This document shows, piece by piece, positions 53,500 to 63,172 of a stretch of DNA of 64,000 nt. The notes beneath the pieces are model-generated. The model saw only the letters and a list, made by a program, of their open reading frames with translations, was not told where the DNA came from and made no database searches. Position 1 is the first letter of the stretch. Every line of letters starts with the position of its first letter. A program made the translations under genes and the position numbers. Source of the DNA: Fidelibacterota bacterium (GTDB taxonomy: Bacteria > Fidelibacterota > UBA2242); contig DAOTJS010000004.1 in the NCBI GenBank assembly GCA_035448825.1, positions 29,339-93,338 of the forward strand, given 5' to 3'.

Positions 53500-55440
53500 T
53501 TAAATTTCTTTTTTTACGTCTGACAAATGTTGCAGTTCGCGTAAACGCTTGCGAACACTATCAATTAAAAATGAATTGGGATATTTTTCAAGAATTAATT
53601 CATAATAGTAAGCCGCAGTTTGGTAGTTAGCATCACGACGGTCGGCGACTTCCGCCAGCATAAAAGCAACTTGATCGGCATTCTCATTTTCAGAGGCGAA
53701 AAAGGGTTCGGCGGTCGCCTCGGCTTCGCTATAACGATCAAACTGTAAAAGAATCTGGGTTAAACGAAATCGAGCGGCTGAAATGATCGGAGTTTGAGGA
53801 TAATTTTGCAAAATAAAGGCATAAACCTTTTCGGCTTCACTCAATTTATTCTGGCGCAAAAGTAGTTCGGCTTTGGCGAATTCACCGAAAGCTTTCTTTC
53901 CGGTGGCGTCGGTCTCGCTGTAATTTGCTCGAAAAAAACCATCGAAGCCAACGACATCATTAAACAATGCATGCTTTGGACCCAACAACGGTATTAAATT
54001 TTTCAACTCGACGTCCAGCGAATCGAATTCCTGCGCCAAAAATTGAGCCAGCGCCAGATGAACTCGTAAATCCTTTTCGCCCGGCGTTCCTTCCCATCGC
54101 GCAATTTCTGTTTGATAATATTTGATAGCCGCATCGGGATCACCGCGCGCAATCTGCACCTCACCTATTCGTAAAGCACAGTTTAAATTCAATTGCCGGT
54201 CGCGAGTAATATTCTGAGCCTGGCGCAGTAGATTCAGCGCCCCGTCAAAATCACGCACTACCCGAAAACGCAAATCAGCCAGCCGATACAAAGCCCGGGC
54301 GGAATAGACGCTGTTGGGTTGATTGGCAACTAAAGAATCATAAATGGCAAAGGCTTTCTGCAAACTCGATTGTTCCTGATTGATTTGCTGGACAAAGTCG
54401 GTATTGAAAAAGAGGTTACCGGAATAAAAATAATGCAACGGTTCAGCCGTAGTCTGTTCCAGCACGGTTTTCTCGAACGCCTCGGCTAATCCGAGCAAAG
54501 CTTGCGGAGCAACACCCTGCAATTCTTTCTTCGCCAGAATTTTGGTATAAAAATCCTGGGCGAGTTCATAACGCCGAATCTGGACTAAATTTTTTGCCAT
54601 TGCCAAGGCTTGATCTCCACGATTACCGGTCAGGGCCTCAACCTGGAAAATTTCCTCCAGTGCCGTATTATAACGCCCATTTTTAAAAAGAAAATCCGCC
54701 CGAAGGCGATGCAGAGCGGCCTGATCGGGCAAAAGCGACAATTCCGCCCTCAGCAAGGAATCTATCTGGATAAACAAGGTCGAGTCGGTCGGGAAACGTA
54801 AAATTTGCCCGGCAATCATATTGTAATAACGCGGATTAGCGCGAGCATAAAGTAAAAGTTCACGAGCGGCTGAATTATATTTCCCCCGCGCGATTTGCAA
54901 ATTGGCTAATTCCATTGTCAATAAATCCGGTTGTTTATAATGAGCACGAGCTTGAGCAATCAAATGTTCAGCTTCATCATATAATTTCAAGCCGACCATC
55001 TCGTTGAATAAAGCACGGTAAAAGGAAATATTATGGTTAAATTTTTCGATGGCTTTCTGCCATTCCTGAAAGGCCGCGGCGCTGTCACCGCGCACATAGT
55101 AAAGTTTACCGAGATTGATAGCGGCATTTTCGTGGTTTGGATTCAATTGAATAAAACGGGTAATGACTCGTTCGAGCTCCGGTAAATTTTTCTGACGGAA
55201 AAGCAGGTTGACATAATTGCTATAATACAAATAATTAGCCGGTCGGGCATCAACCAACGCCTGGTAAATTTCAGCAGCTTGCGTCAGATGACCTTCTCGT
55301 TCCAGACGTTGAGCCTGATTAAAACGTGAATTCAACAGGTTTTCTTCGGGCGAGACGACTTTTACCGGTTGAGCGGCTACGAAAGTCGTAACCCAAAATA
55401 TTAACAAAGTTAATGATTCCCAACGCCGTCCGAGCTTCAT
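53500..55440 (-). CDS. TPR-repeat protein (secreted or periplasmic)
   Basis: 646 aa with a signal peptide and many A..Y/F..A-type helical pairs throughout. Confidence 0.75.
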   Translation of the reverse strand: MKLGRRWESLTLLIFWVTTFVAAQPVKVVSPEENLLNSRFNQAQRLEREGHLTQAAEIYQALVDARPANYLYYSNYVNLLFRQKNLPELERVITRFIQLNPNHENAAINLGKLYYVRGDSAAAFQEWQKAIEKFNHNISFYRALFNEMVGLKLYDEAEHLIAQARAHYKQPDLLTMELANLQIARGKYNSAARELLLYARANPRYYNMIAGQILRFPTDSTLFIQIDSLLRAELSLLPDQAALHRLRADFLFKNGRYNTALEEIFQVEALTGNRGDQALAMAKNLVQIRRYELAQDFYTKILAKKELQGVAPQALLGLAEAFEKTVLEQTTAEPLHYFYSGNLFFNTDFVQQINQEQSSLQKAFAIYDSLVANQPNSVYSARALYRLADLRFRVVRDFDGALNLLRQAQNITRDRQLNLNCALRIGEVQIARGDPDAAIKYYQTEIARWEGTPGEKDLRVHLALAQFLAQEFDSLDVELKNLIPLLGPKHALFNDVVGFDGFFRANYSETDATGKKAFGEFAKAELLLRQNKLSEAEKVYAFILQNYPQTPIISAARFRLTQILLQFDRYSEAEATAEPFFASENENADQVAFMLAEVADRRDANYQTAAYYYELILEKYPNSFLIDSVRKRLRELQHLSDVKKEI

Positions 55441-58400
55441 TCCAGTGAATCCTTACTCAATTCCTCAAAATAACGGCGAATCAGATTTTCGTATTCTCTG
55501 GAATACCCGTCGCGGAGAGCTTTTTCCAGATTTTCCTGTAAAAGAGTGCGCCGTTCGCCCAGGTTAGACGGCAGACCGTCAGGAGATTTGCGAACGATTT
55601 CCTGACCGGTTTTACTCTGGCGTTCCTCTTTAAAATCCTGAGTGCGCAGAGATTTCTGAGCATCCAGGAGTCGGGAGAGAATTCTCTGCTGGCGTTCCAG
55701 CGTGCGGCGTAAAACCTGGTTATTCTCGAGGTCTTTGATGACTTCGTCCATATCTTTGGCAATGCCACCGAGATCGCCCGACTGTTTAGTGCTACCTTGC
55801 CCTTGCATTTCATCGCGTAATTTTTCGAGTGATTGGCGAATTTGTTGCTGGCGAGCGGCTAATTGCTGGAGAGTTCCCTGATCACCGGGAGAACCCAATC
55901 CCAGCATCTGGGTTTCTTCATTCAAACCCTGTTGCATACCAGCCAATTCCTGCAATTGCTGAAGGTAATTTTCGAAACCGGAAGCCGAACCGCTCTTCTG
56001 TAATTCTTGCATAGCCGCCATCAGTTCCAGAGCCGTCATATTGAGCGAAGCGGTGGCATTTTCAGCGGAAAGTGCCGCCAGTCCCGGATCTCGTTCTTCC
56101 ATATAGGCGATAGCCGCATTCATACTATTAGCTGATTGACCGAGGTTTTTGCCAATACGCGGGGAAATGCCAAAAGTTTTACCCGACAAATCAATCAAAT
56201 CGGAAATCAGGCGGGACAAATTCTGGCGAGTTTCACTTTGCTTAACGGCTATATCCATAATCTGATCGCTTTGACGCGGAGTGTTTTTAATCTCCTCGGT
56301 GAGTTCTTCTTGACGATAGGATAATTGCATTGTTTTATTCAAAATCCGACGGAAGTCTGTCATAACGTCCGCCATATTCCGCCTCTGAAATTCAGTGCGA
56401 AATTCTTCCATTCTTTCTAACAATTTCTGCAAGTTTTGCTGGGAATTCTGGGCTGACTCCTCAGCTTGCGATTTATCACCTTTGCGCATGGCACTGCTGG
56501 CTCGAGACTGTTCTTGCGGTAGATCCATCGCTTGCATTTCATCTATCAATTGTTGAAGCTCCTTATTCGGCATCATTGGAAATTCTGCCATATCAGCCGC
56601 AGTTCTTTTCATAATATCCTGAGCGATTTCAGTATCATTTTTAATGGCATTTTCAGCTTGCGCCAACTCACTCAATTTTTGCTGATCATCTGGCGCTGTT
56701 TTCTTCAATTCGTCAGCCACTTGCTTCTGCCTTTCGCTTAGATCGGCAAAGCGCTTAACCAACTCATCAATATTCTGCTCAATCTGAATCCGGCGAAAGA
56801 TTTTCAGGAGGCGGTCGAGTTCCTGCGAAAATTGCTCCTGGGAAGTTTTGAAATTATTCAGAGCTTTTTGAACTTCCTTTGGATCCATTTTTTCGATAGC
56901 GGCTTGCAATTTATCGAGTGCTTCGCGCATTTCCGGTGTCATTATATCCTGAAATGCTTCCTGCACCTGGGCTAATTTTTCCAATGTTTCCGCATCGAAG
57001 AGTTGATTCTCACGACTTTTCTCAATCAAGTCGTCGAGTTGCTCACTAAGTTTGGTGATTTTTTCACCGGCTTCGCGAGTTTTTTTCATTTCCTCTTCTA
57101 ATTGCTTTTTCTGTTCCCATTTCAGTTCCGGTTTTTTGAGTAATTCACGGGAAATCTCGTCGAGAACCTTTTTGGTTGTTTCCAGAGATTTTAAAACTTC
57201 CTCGCTACTGGAATAAATTTCATCCTGTTGTTCGTTGACCGAGCTAAAAAGTTCATTGAGTGATGGAAAGCGGGCGATTAGCCAGTCGGTGCTGGCTTTT
57301 TTGGGGCCGCTAATATTATCATTGTCATAAATATCAACCCGGAATTCGACTGCATCTTCCGGACCTAATCTAAGTTCGCCGATTTGCCAGGGATAAAATA
57401 CTTCCTGCCAGGTGATATTCAATTTTGCGAGTGGGAATGTTATTTCCGTTTCATTTTCCTGATAATCGGCATATTTTTTTATCACACGGTAGCGAATAGC
57501 GGCGCGGGTGAATCCGAAATCATCGCTAATCCGAATACCGAGTGGAATTACCATATCGGCGTTTAAATCAAGATCATTTTTCGGGCTGAGCATAGTGATA
57601 GTCGGATAGGCATCCGGAATGACGCTCAGTCGGTACTTGATAGGATTAATATTTGTCACTTGCTTTTCATCGGCTACAATAATTTCGAACTGGTCATCAT
57701 TTTTTACGATGAATTCTCCACGAGCGCGATCACCATTCGTCGCCAAATTTAAGACATTCCCGCTGGCAAAGGATAAATGGCCTTCTTTAATTTCTTTATT
57801 TATACGAATTTCTAAAGATATTTTCGTGCCAGCCAGCAAGTTAAATTCCGCGCTTTTGGTTTCCTGAGTCTGAGCCGGAAGTCCGGTATATTCCGGATAA
57901 ATAAAACGGGATTTGACATAGAGAATTTCAGGTCGGTTGATGACTCGAATTGTATCGGGAGGAGTTCCGATTCGGCGCCAGGGCTTGAACGGCGAACGAT
58001 TTTGATAATAAGCGCTATAAATCAAATCAGAGCGCAAATTTTCGATCAGATATTGGCTCCGTCCGGAATCATCTACCGTTAAAATCTCTTGCTGAGTGTA
58101 ATCCGGATACTGAAGGTCAAGCGTTAAATATTGCGGAAATCGTCCCTGACACTGAAAGCTGATTGTTACCGAATCGCCACCTAGCACCCCCGATGACGCT
58201 CGGGTTGATTCGATAGAAAAGGGCAATTTGACCGGGTATTCGATTCTGGGGTGCAAAAGTCGCTCCGTGCTATTTTTGAAATATGCGGGACTGGAGGCAA
58301 TACAAATTACAAGGCAAAAAATCGCAATTGCCAGATGACGCAAACTCTTCCGGACTTCCTGATATGGTATTATCCGATCAAAATTAAGCGGCTCTATTTT

Positions 58401-58829
58401 TCGGGCTATCCGCTCCAGAGCTTGCTCAATCAGTTCACTCGAATAACCTTGTGTCTCTTTATTCAGCAACTCTCTTAACTGCAATGCATTCAGTAAATCG
58501 TCCTTGATTTCCGGCTGGTCGGCGCCTATCCGGCGTGCCAGGTGATAATCATCGTAAGCACTAATTCGATTCCGGATTATTTGGAAATAATACACAATTG
58601 GAATCGCCAGAAAAATCAGACTGAATCCAACTGTAAAAAATAAAATGTCACTGCGGACGGAACCTTTGAAATAGCGAAAACCTTCGACGACAACAATTAA
58701 GAAAGTCACGATTATAATCAACAATAAAACTTTCAGCAGACCGACCTGTAAAACATGCCGCGCAAATTGGCGTCGCAAGTCGTTTAATTTGCGTTCGATC
58801 TGGTTATAGCTGAATTGATTATTTCTCAT
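55437..58829 (-). CDS. Large membrane-anchored coiled-coil protein (DUF4175-like guess)
   Basis: 1130 aa. It has two N-terminal TM helices and a beta-rich middle region. About 550 aa of E/K/Q-rich heptad-like sequence follows. ATGA overlap with the downstream TPR gene. Confidence 0.6.
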   Translation of the reverse strand: MRNNQFSYNQIERKLNDLRRQFARHVLQVGLLKVLLLIIIVTFLIVVVEGFRYFKGSVRSDILFFTVGFSLIFLAIPIVYYFQIIRNRISAYDDYHLARRIGADQPEIKDDLLNALQLRELLNKETQGYSSELIEQALERIARKIEPLNFDRIIPYQEVRKSLRHLAIAIFCLVICIASSPAYFKNSTERLLHPRIEYPVKLPFSIESTRASSGVLGGDSVTISFQCQGRFPQYLTLDLQYPDYTQQEILTVDDSGRSQYLIENLRSDLIYSAYYQNRSPFKPWRRIGTPPDTIRVINRPEILYVKSRFIYPEYTGLPAQTQETKSAEFNLLAGTKISLEIRINKEIKEGHLSFASGNVLNLATNGDRARGEFIVKNDDQFEIIVADEKQVTNINPIKYRLSVIPDAYPTITMLSPKNDLDLNADMVIPLGIRISDDFGFTRAAIRYRVIKKYADYQENETEITFPLAKLNITWQEVFYPWQIGELRLGPEDAVEFRVDIYDNDNISGPKKASTDWLIARFPSLNELFSSVNEQQDEIYSSSEEVLKSLETTKKVLDEISRELLKKPELKWEQKKQLEEEMKKTREAGEKITKLSEQLDDLIEKSRENQLFDAETLEKLAQVQEAFQDIMTPEMREALDKLQAAIEKMDPKEVQKALNNFKTSQEQFSQELDRLLKIFRRIQIEQNIDELVKRFADLSERQKQVADELKKTAPDDQQKLSELAQAENAIKNDTEIAQDIMKRTAADMAEFPMMPNKELQQLIDEMQAMDLPQEQSRASSAMRKGDKSQAEESAQNSQQNLQKLLERMEEFRTEFQRRNMADVMTDFRRILNKTMQLSYRQEELTEEIKNTPRQSDQIMDIAVKQSETRQNLSRLISDLIDLSGKTFGISPRIGKNLGQSANSMNAAIAYMEERDPGLAALSAENATASLNMTALELMAAMQELQKSGSASGFENYLQQLQELAGMQQGLNEETQMLGLGSPGDQGTLQQLAARQQQIRQSLEKLRDEMQGQGSTKQSGDLGGIAKDMDEVIKDLENNQVLRRTLERQQRILSRLLDAQKSLRTQDFKEERQSKTGQEIVRKSPDGLPSNLGERRTLLQENLEKALRDGYSREYENLIRRYFEELSKDSLE

Positions 58830-58831
58830 TT

Positions 58832-59599
58832 TTATTGTATCAACGAATATAAGACTATATTGGCGCCCATTTGAAGTGCCGCCTGGTGTTTTTCCTCAGG
58901 ATCATTATGGACTTCCGGGTCTTCCCAGCCGTCGCCGAGATCACACTCATAAGTATAAAACACGACCAGTCGACCTTTGTAAAATATTCCCAGTCCCTGC
59001 GGTGGCTTACCATCGTGTTCGTGGATTTTGGGCAAACCGTGGGGAAATTTATATAAAATGTTATAAATCGGATGATCGAACGGCAATTCCACCAGGTCAT
59101 TATCGGGAAAAACGCGTTTGATTTCACGCCGAAAGGATTGATCCATACCGTAATTATCATCGGCATGCAAAAAACCACCGTTTTGCAAATGCTGGCGGAG
59201 ACGCAGGACTTCCTCATCGCTGAAACGCACGTTGCCATGACCATTCATATAAAGATAAGGATAGGCAAAAAAGTCTTTGTCCATTATGCCGACCCGCACT
59301 TCGTCCGAGGCGACGTCCATATTGACATTTTCGCGGAGAAATTTCAGCAGATTGGGAATCGAACTCGGATTGCTGTACCAATCGCCGCCACCATCATATT
59401 TCAGACGAGCAATCGTAAATTTTCCATAGAGGTTTTTGTTCTGTGCTGTAAGAGTTATGACCGCCAATAAAATAACGATCAATGTTCGACTAATTTTCTT
59501 CAATTTTCCTTCGACTTTCGCGAAAACAATCATAATAAATTTACTATACGCCTGAGCCGCTAACAAGTTTCGACTGATAAAAACCGGTTCTTTTGACAA
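58832..59599 (-). CDS. DUF4159-like protein (GATase1-like fold family)
   Basis: Contains ARLKYDGGGDWYSNPSSIPNLLKFL and GGFLHADDNYG. The track start is a TTG; ATG 59533 (MIVFAKVEGKLKKISRTLIVILLAV...) is the more likely start. Confidence 0.6.
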   Translation of the reverse strand: MSKEPVFISRNLLAAQAYSKFIMIVFAKVEGKLKKISRTLIVILLAVITLTAQNKNLYGKFTIARLKYDGGGDWYSNPSSIPNLLKFLRENVNMDVASDEVRVGIMDKDFFAYPYLYMNGHGNVRFSDEEVLRLRQHLQNGGFLHADDNYGMDQSFRREIKRVFPDNDLVELPFDHPIYNILYKFPHGLPKIHEHDGKPPQGLGIFYKGRLVVFYTYECDLGDGWEDPEVHNDPEEKHQAALQMGANIVLYSLIQ

Positions 59600-59618
59600 T
59601 CCTCTTTATTTTTTCCCG

Positions 59619-61403
59619 TTGTATTGTTATTTTCTACCTGTGGCTCGATTCCTAAAATGTGTCTTAATAATTTTTATATTGACCGCCACCCTATCCGCAC
59701 AATGGTATTTCAAGATCGTGGATGCTATTCACGGTCCAATCGAATATCGCACACCACTTAAATTGACTTTATTTGAAATTAAAACCGGCTTACAGAGTTT
59801 CGGATTTGACGGTCAGCCGCTTCTATTCGATACCACCGGCATTTCCTTTGACGGCTATCAGACTACCTGGGAACGGAGTATGAACAGTTTCGAACTGGAC
59901 TTGATGAAGTTCAACTGGCTGGTTTATATTGTGCCGCAAAATTTACTCGATTTCCAAACTGGGATAGGCGCCAAATACGCCTACTCATTATCGGAACAAA
60001 AACTCCCCGCAACCTGGCCACAACGGATGCCGGGAGGCAGAGATCAACTGTTTTTATCACCCCGAATCTATGAATTCAATCTAAACCAAACGATAATATA
60101 TCAATGGGCACCGAATTTTTACAATTACTTAACGGTAAGTTACGGCCAAGCCTTCGGCTCAGCCTATAAAACTCATTCTAACGACTATTTTCTCCATCAA
60201 AAAGGAAATACTTACTCTTTCGCGCTGGGATTTAAATTCCTAGGCAGTGTCGGGTATAAATTAAAAGAAGGTTACGGCATAGAAATCCGATATACGACCA
60301 GCGATTTCGGAGATTTAGATGACCCTCACAAAATTAGCCCAATTAAGAAAATTAATTTTAATTCAGTAGGGATTTCTCTGGCATTCAATTCTAATCTCGG
60401 CGGAGGTCGGAGCCTCGGTGACGACGCCCAAGCTCTCTATCAGGCCTATGATTTTATCGCCGCTAAAGCGACCTTTGAGCAATTCATCGCCGATAATCCC
60501 CACCATCCGAGTCGTTTTAAAGCCCGCCGGATGATCAAGGAATGTGACCAGCGAATTCCTCATCAAGAAGCATTTCTGGCGGAATTTTCCATTTTCCGTC
60601 ACAATTATCCCAAAGCCGCTGAACATTTAGCGCGGGCGCAAGTAACTAAGGACACTACCCTTTTAGCGCGGATAAATCGTAATTACCAGAGAATGATCAC
60701 GCAGTTCGCTGATTCGATGAATGCAATGATTACCAATAATCGCATTGATGACGCCGAGCAGTTATTAAATGAAATCGAAATGCTCGATATACCTAACAGC
60801 GACGACTTGCTCCATCGCTATCGCAGTGAGATTTACTTCCATCGTGGAGCGGTTTTTACCGAATACGGCTATTGGGAAAAGGCCATCGAGTATTTCGATC
60901 GTGCCATTCAATACTATCCACCTATTCGGAATCGTGTCGAACCGTACCTGATTCAAATCGCTGACGGTTATATCAATGACGCTAACCTTTCCGTGGATAA
61001 GAAAAGTATCGCATTGGCATTGGAATCACTCAGTCAGGCGACTGCTCTGCGACCGGATATTCATTATTTAACTGCTCCCCATATTCAAAGCATAGAAGCC
61101 GGCATCGAATACCTCAAACAGCAAGACGCCAAACAAAAAGTCCAGGAATCAATAAGTAAAACTTTCAACCCTCCGCCGGAAACTCCCAAACCCGAAATCG
61201 GGATGAATTCAAACCAGATAAAAAGCCTTCTCGGGCAACCGGGTTCGCAAACTCGCTTAGAAGCCAGCGGTGGAAGGATTTATGAGTTGTGGATTTACTT
61301 ATATCCGGATGGTAATGAATTACAGATTTATTTCGACAATGAAAAGGTAGTCAAAATGGAAACTTTATCTCCGGTTGACATAATATCGGAAATGGACGAA
61401 TAG
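59619..61403 (+). CDS. Hypothetical secreted protein: N-terminal beta-rich (OM-like) domain + TPR-like helical region + small C-terminal domain
   Basis: 594 aa, with a signal peptide ending LSAQ. It uses a non-ATG start (TTG 59619, or GTG 59640). No family recognised. Confidence 0.55.
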   Translation: MYCYFLPVARFLKCVLIIFILTATLSAQWYFKIVDAIHGPIEYRTPLKLTLFEIKTGLQSFGFDGQPLLFDTTGISFDGYQTTWERSMNSFELDLMKFNWLVYIVPQNLLDFQTGIGAKYAYSLSEQKLPATWPQRMPGGRDQLFLSPRIYEFNLNQTIIYQWAPNFYNYLTVSYGQAFGSAYKTHSNDYFLHQKGNTYSFALGFKFLGSVGYKLKEGYGIEIRYTTSDFGDLDDPHKISPIKKINFNSVGISLAFNSNLGGGRSLGDDAQALYQAYDFIAAKATFEQFIADNPHHPSRFKARRMIKECDQRIPHQEAFLAEFSIFRHNYPKAAEHLARAQVTKDTTLLARINRNYQRMITQFADSMNAMITNNRIDDAEQLLNEIEMLDIPNSDDLLHRYRSEIYFHRGAVFTEYGYWEKAIEYFDRAIQYYPPIRNRVEPYLIQIADGYINDANLSVDKKSIALALESLSQATALRPDIHYLTAPHIQSIEAGIEYLKQQDAKQKVQESISKTFNPPPETPKPEIGMNSNQIKSLLGQPGSQTRLEASGGRIYELWIYLYPDGNELQIYFDNEKVVKMETLSPVDIISEMDE

Positions 61404-61898
61404 ATGAAGATCATTTACTCGGATGGTGCCTGTTCGGGAAATCCCGGCCGCGGCGGCTGGGCAACTCTAATTTTTAATGAAAATAAATTGCTCAAAGTCC
61501 TGGCTGGTTATCAAGAAAATACGACTAATAATCGGATGGAAATCATCGCGGCTCTCAACGGCTTGAAACAATTGCAACCCGGTGAAAACGCCATTATTTA
61601 CACTGATAGCCAATACCTGCGCAACGGCATTACCACCTGGCTTTCCAGCTGGAAAAAGAAAAATTGGAAAACCGCAAACAAGAAACCGGTCAAAAATCAG
61701 GAACTCTGGCTTGAACTGGATAAACTGAACCACCCCGGAATCACCTGGCAATACGTTCAGGGACATAGCAATAATCTCTATAATGAAATTTGCGATTGCC
61801 TGGCACGTAAAATGATCACCAGTCAGGGTAAGGTAAGCGATTTAAACACCGAATTCGAAAAATATTACTGGCAATTACAGAAAAAGAGAAAAGCATAA
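61404..61898 (+). CDS. rnhA: Ribonuclease HI
   Basis: Contains IYSDGACSGNPGRGGWA, TNNRMEIIAALNGL, IYTDSQY and GHSNNLYNEICDCLA (DEDD catalytic set). Confidence 0.92.
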   Translation: MKIIYSDGACSGNPGRGGWATLIFNENKLLKVLAGYQENTTNNRMEIIAALNGLKQLQPGENAIIYTDSQYLRNGITTWLSSWKKKNWKTANKKPVKNQELWLELDKLNHPGITWQYVQGHSNNLYNEICDCLARKMITSQGKVSDLNTEFEKYYWQLQKKRKA

Positions 61899-61926
61899 TT
61901 CCGTAACATTTAGCTTTCAAGATGCG

Positions 61927-61973
61927 CCGAAACCAAATTAGCCCCGCCTGCGGCGGGTCGGAAATTGGTTGGG
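61927..61973. other. Two-tier GC-rich hairpin downstream of rnhA
   Basis: The inner stem is CCCGCC (61943-61948) / GGCGGG (61952-61957). The outer stem is AACCAA (61931-61936) / TTGGTT (61965-61970). No T-run follows. Confidence 0.5.
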
Positions 61974-62080
61974 CTAGGCTAAATCCTGTAAATCCTGTTT
62001 ATAAATACTCAACCACATAGGGGTAGTAAATTTTGCGACCATATAATCCAAAACTGGGGGGAACTCCTGCAAGATGTTTG

Positions 62081-62109
62081 TTGACAAATAAAATAAACCG
62101 GAATAAATT
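62081..62109 (+). promoter_or_regulatory. Sigma-70-like promoter candidate for the HEPN-like ORF
   Basis: TTGACA (62081-62086), 17-nt spacer, TAAATT (62104-62109). Confidence 0.35.
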
Positions 62110-62212
62110 TAAAATGATGAAGTTGGTAGATAAAAATAAGGTTTTAATATTAACTGGAAAAATATGAAAGATGGACAGGGCGCCTAATATATACGTTGTA
62201 CATTAAAGAAAA

Positions 62213-63151
62213 ATGTCATATAGTTATAGAATACAGATAAAATTTCCGAAAGATTTTGGACTAATATGTAATGAATCTTCCTACTACATTAATGGAAATG
62301 AAAATCTCCACCCTATTACAATAAGAAGTCTTCATGAAGATCAAAATCTCAGTGAATCCAGTGAATATGTTTTTGTAGGTGATGGGTTCGATAGTTATTC
62401 TGAGGCTGAAGAAGAAGGTAAAAGCGTATTAAATTCAATTATTCGTTCGTTTGTAAAACTAGGAATAGGTATTGATTATGGTATCAAAGGACCTTCAGCT
62501 CATATTACAGAAGATGGCCTAGAACATTTTCGAAGACAATTCTGTGTGGAGAGATTACTTGAAGGAGGATTGGGACTTAAAGTTTATAAAACATTACCTC
62601 ATCCTAAATTCGCAACACCAGAAATTACCACACAAGTACATACTCCAATTGTAAAATTCGTGGATATATTAATAGAGTCAAAAAATAAATATAGAGAATT
62701 TACCGATAAGGAACTTTTATCAATTAAATTATTTAATTCATCATTTTTTGAGGAAATACCAGAGTCACGTTTTCTTTTATTAGTAATGGCAGTAGAGACC
62801 CTTATTATTTGTGAACCAAGGTCCGAAGAAGTAATCGAACATGTCAATAATATTATCAAAATGACAAATTCTAACGATAAAATTTGTCCGGATGAAAAAA
62901 AATCAATAATAAATTCATTATCTTGGTTAAAATTAAAGTCCATTGGTCAAGCTGGTAGAGAATTGGCTAAAGGCAAACTTGGAAATAAAAAATATTATAA
63001 TCTATCTGCACCAAAATTTTTCACATACTGCTACGAAGTGCGAAGTAATTTGGTACATAGTGGCAGAAAACCCCCTGACTATAAAGAACTCGGAGAATTA
63101 TCTAACGAATTAATAAAGTTCGTTTCTAATTTATTGTTTGGATGTGTATAG
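62213..63151 (+). CDS. Orphan protein with C-terminal HEPN-like Rx4H motif (candidate RNase / abortive-infection effector)
   Basis: 312 aa in a visibly more AT-rich segment. The C-terminal half is helical and ends in FTYCYEVRSNLVHSG (R277-x4-H282). The N-terminal half is of unknown fold. Confidence 0.5.
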   Translation: MSYSYRIQIKFPKDFGLICNESSYYINGNENLHPITIRSLHEDQNLSESSEYVFVGDGFDSYSEAEEEGKSVLNSIIRSFVKLGIGIDYGIKGPSAHITEDGLEHFRRQFCVERLLEGGLGLKVYKTLPHPKFATPEITTQVHTPIVKFVDILIESKNKYREFTDKELLSIKLFNSSFFEEIPESRFLLLVMAVETLIICEPRSEEVIEHVNNIIKMTNSNDKICPDEKKSIINSLSWLKLKSIGQAGRELAKGKLGNKKYYNLSAPKFFTYCYEVRSNLVHSGRKPPDYKELGELSNELIKFVSNLLFGCV

Positions 63152-63172
63152 TTAATCTTGTCTAATAATTAA

